Shown: piece by piece, positions 17,516 through 19,301 of the stretch
Numbering within the stretch: the stretch's first letter is position 1
How the letters are laid out: each line of letters starts with the position of its first letter
From: an uncultured delta proteobacterium
GTDB lineage: Bacteria; Desulfobacterota; Syntrophia; Syntrophales; UBA2192
Assembly: GCA_963705165.1 (NCBI GenBank)
Contig: CAVPJD010000019.1
Span: forward strand, 1 to 19,301
Reading direction: 5' to 3'
DNA length: 19,301 bases
Made by a program: the position numbers and the translations under genes
Notes under the pieces: model-generated
Seen by the model: the letters and a program-made list of their open reading frames with translations, nothing else
What the model was told of the DNA's origin: nothing
Databases searched by the model: none

Positions 17516-17783
17516 GTCGAGACCTTTAGACGACGGAACCTTTAACATAAAAGAGAGATAAAGATTTTATCTAACCGGAAAGGTAGATCCTCTCCAAAGG
17601 TCTCATAAAATAAACACCTAGCAGCAAGGATCGTGCTTTAGGTTTGCAAATCGGCGGATGGTTTTTGGTTCCCTCCTTTCCATCCGCCGACCCCCTGTTA
17701 GAAAAGGGAGGGGGTTGGGGAACAACCTCTCTTTTTAACATAGAATTGGTGGATGAGCCGTCCGTCATCCACCAATTTTTTTT
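17516..17783 (+). ncRNA. Putative sigma54-dependent sRNA 2 (about 270 nt) with anti-SD hairpin loop
   Basis: Bounded by a sigma54 promoter and a terminator, with no credible ORF. Stems gagaccttt/aaaggtctc (17519-17604) and tcggcggatgg/ccatccgccga (17651-17690, loop tttttggttccctccttt), plus a hairpin at 17696-17740. Confidence 0.72.
17744..17783 (+). terminator. Intrinsic terminator of putative sRNA 2
   Basis: aattggtggatga / tcatccaccaatt stem running into a T tract. Confidence 0.85.
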
Positions 17784-17797
17784 GCCTAAAGCAACCC

Positions 17798-17871
17798 TTT
17801 CCTTAATCTTCCTCTCCCTTGAGGGGAGAGCGGTGTCGTGAGCTCGTCGAACGAGGTCGAGGTGAGGGTGA
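17798..17871 (+). repeat. BoxC/REP-like palindromic element (CCTCTCCC..GGGAGAG..GGTGAGGG) with a 24-nt insertion
   Basis: Aligns with the copy at 18898-18947 apart from extra cggtgtcgtgagctcgtcgaacga at 17831-17854. Confidence 0.75.
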
Positions 17872-17917
17872 AACTCCCCTTCTTTTTTTCAATACCCGAT
17901 TTCCCAATACCCTCGTT

Positions 17918-18802
17918 TTACTGTCGGCCCTCTGCTCTCAGCTTATCCAATGCTTTTTTGATCGCCGGCATCGCCTCCAGCGCCGCCTTCTCCCCCTCCA
18001 AGACGGCCTCGTGACGCTTGGAGAAGTCCGTCGCGCCGATGTGGCTCACCTTCGGCCGGATGACGACATCGGCACGACTCAGCTGGTTCTGGGAGATCTT
18101 GGAATACATGATGCTGACGGACTGCATGATCGTTTCCATCGTCGTCTGCGGAGGCGCGTTGTTGGCCCCCGTGGAGATGTCTACGGCGATGACGAGGTCG
18201 GCCCCCATCTTCCTGGCATAATCGACGGCTACGGGGCTCACGAGGCCCCCGTCGACGTAAGTATTTGCGCCGATCTTCACAGGCTGGAAGATCCCCGGGA
18301 TGGAGCAGCTCGCCCGAACCGCCGTACCCGTATTGCCCGAGGCGAAAACGACTTCCTCTCCCGACTGGATGTCCGTGGCCACCACGTAGAGCGGGGTTCG
18401 CATCTTTTCGATCGGGGTGCTGTTCACCATGTGGTTGACGTAGGATTCCAGTTTCTCGCCCTTGATGAAACCGTTGTCCGGAACGGTCAGGTCTACAATA
18501 TCTCCCTTCTCAATGGAAAAGGAGAGGCTCTGGATCTGGAATGCTGTGAAGCCGTATGCAGACAGGCTCCCGACAAAGCTTCCTGCGCTGGTTCCGACGA
18601 TCAGGTCGATCGGGACCCGGTTTGCTTCCAGGATTTTGAGAGCACCGATATGCGTGAATCCCCGCGAGGCTCCTGCCCCCAGAACAAGGGCGACCTTGGC
18701 CGGCGGCTTGATCTGCGGCGGGGGAACCTCTTTCGACATGCAGGCCGCCAGAAAGGCAATGAGGAAAATGGCAAAAAAGATACGCATGATTCGGTTCATC
18801 AT
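17918..18802 (-). CDS. Patatin-like phospholipase family lipoprotein
   Basis: Lipobox LAAC, oxyanion motif GAGASRG, catalytic GTSAG, ASCSIPGIF and DGG. Start at ATG 18802 or 18799. Confidence 0.9.
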   Translation of the reverse strand: MMNRIMRIFFAIFLIAFLAACMSKEVPPPQIKPPAKVALVLGAGASRGFTHIGALKILEANRVPIDLIVGTSAGSFVGSLSAYGFTAFQIQSLSFSIEKGDIVDLTVPDNGFIKGEKLESYVNHMVNSTPIEKMRTPLYVVATDIQSGEEVVFASGNTGTAVRASCSIPGIFQPVKIGANTYVDGGLVSPVAVDYARKMGADLVIAVDISTGANNAPPQTTMETIMQSVSIMYSKISQNQLSRADVVIRPKVSHIGATDFSKRHEAVLEGEKAALEAMPAIKKALDKLRAEGRQ

Positions 18803-18854
18803 GTACCTCTGATTGCGCCTCCTGACGGGACGCACCCCGGTCAACAGCCTCGCG

Positions 18855-19043
18855 CAGGCTTTTCAACCATGCTCAGATGCAAGGCCTGTAGAGGTCATTT
18901 CCTTGATTTCCCTCTCCCTTGAGGGGAGAGGGCCGGGGTGAGGGTGACCATTCCCCCTCACCTCTAATCCTCTCCCGCCAGGGGAGAGGAAGATTAAGGA
19001 AGGAGTCGTCATAGGCAGCAGATGGGCATGGTTCAAAAGCCTG
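18855..19043. mobile_element. MITE-like element A containing an inverted pair of BoxC-like repeats
   Basis: Terminal IRs caggcttttcaaccatgc / gcatggttcaaaagcctg. Internal TCAGATGCAAGGC shared with element B. BoxC-like copies at 18898-18947 (+) and 18954-19002 (-). Confidence 0.65.
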
Positions 19044-19054
19044 TCTTTCTCTTT

Positions 19055-19177
19055 CGGACCTTTCAAAAATGTTCAGATGCAAGGCGCCCGAAGTCCTGAG
19101 GAGTGAGGCGTACCGAGCGTACGTTGAACGACGAAGGACGAGGGCAACGCCGCAGCTGGTCATTTTTCAAAGGTCCG
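19055..19177. mobile_element. MITE-like element B (about 123 bp)
   Basis: Terminal IRs cggacctttcaaaaatg / catttttcaaaggtccg. Internal TCAGATGCAAGGCG ... CGTAC-GTACG ... GCAACGCCGCAG. No ORF. Confidence 0.65.
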
Positions 19178-19182
19178 CTGAT

Positions 19183-19218
19183 AAAAAACCGGGCATCCAC
19201 GACGGATGCCCGGTTTTT
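19183..19218. terminator. Intrinsic terminator (bidirectional-type) of the truncated minus-strand gene
   Basis: aaaaaaccgggcatcc-acgac-ggatgcccggttttt. Confidence 0.85.
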
Positions 19219-19243
19219 CTAACAGCCTTGTTCCTGTATGTGA

Positions 19244-19301
19244 CTACTTCTTCACAGGGGCCGGAGCCGGAGCCGGAGCCGGAGCTGCGGGGGCCGGAGC
19301 C
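19244..19301 (-). CDS. 3' end of a gene encoding an Ala/Pro-rich C-terminus (truncated by the window)
   Basis: Minus strand reads APAPAAPAPAPAPAPVKK-TAG, followed by a terminator. Confidence 0.65.
   Translation of the reverse strand, partial: APAPAAPAPAPAPAPVKK

Noticed and set aside
19259..19301. (GCCGGA)n hexamer repeat as a non-coding VNTR
   Set aside because: Explained as Ala-Pro codons at the end of a minus-strand gene followed by a terminator.

Overview
GC-rich bacterial chromosomal window, most consistent with a syntrophic deltaproteobacterium (Desulfobacterota, Syntrophales-like; inferred from gene content only). Genes in order: DUF4301 protein (5'-truncated), ThiI-like PP-loop tRNA thiolase, LysM protein, acyl-CoA dehydrogenase, AtoE short-chain fatty acid transporter, cytidylate-kinase-like protein, TerC/YjbE protein, a likely operon (small hypothetical, HD hydrolase, TPR lipoprotein, GerMN protein, divergent stand-alone EF-G), a GAF-GAF-AAA+-HTH sigma54 activator, a patatin lipoprotein, and the tail of an Ala/Pro-rich protein. 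The most notable signal is non-coding. Two regions 11 kb apart (~6015-6406 and ~17320-17783) lack a convincing long ORF and share one architecture: paired GTGC-N7-GCAC boxes spaced 20 bp apart, an AT-rich tract, a near-identical sigma54 promoter (TGGCATCSTTATTGCT) and a structured RNA. Each RNA carries the same hairpin, with a compensatory base-pair change, exposing an anti-Shine-Dalgarno loop (CCCUCCUUU). One copy lies directly behind the sigma54 activator gene, whose own upstream region has the same box. This suggests an activator-controlled family of paralogous sRNAs, analogous to LuxO/Qrr. Intergenic regions also carry heptamer and octamer tandem repeats and nested MITE/REP-like elements.
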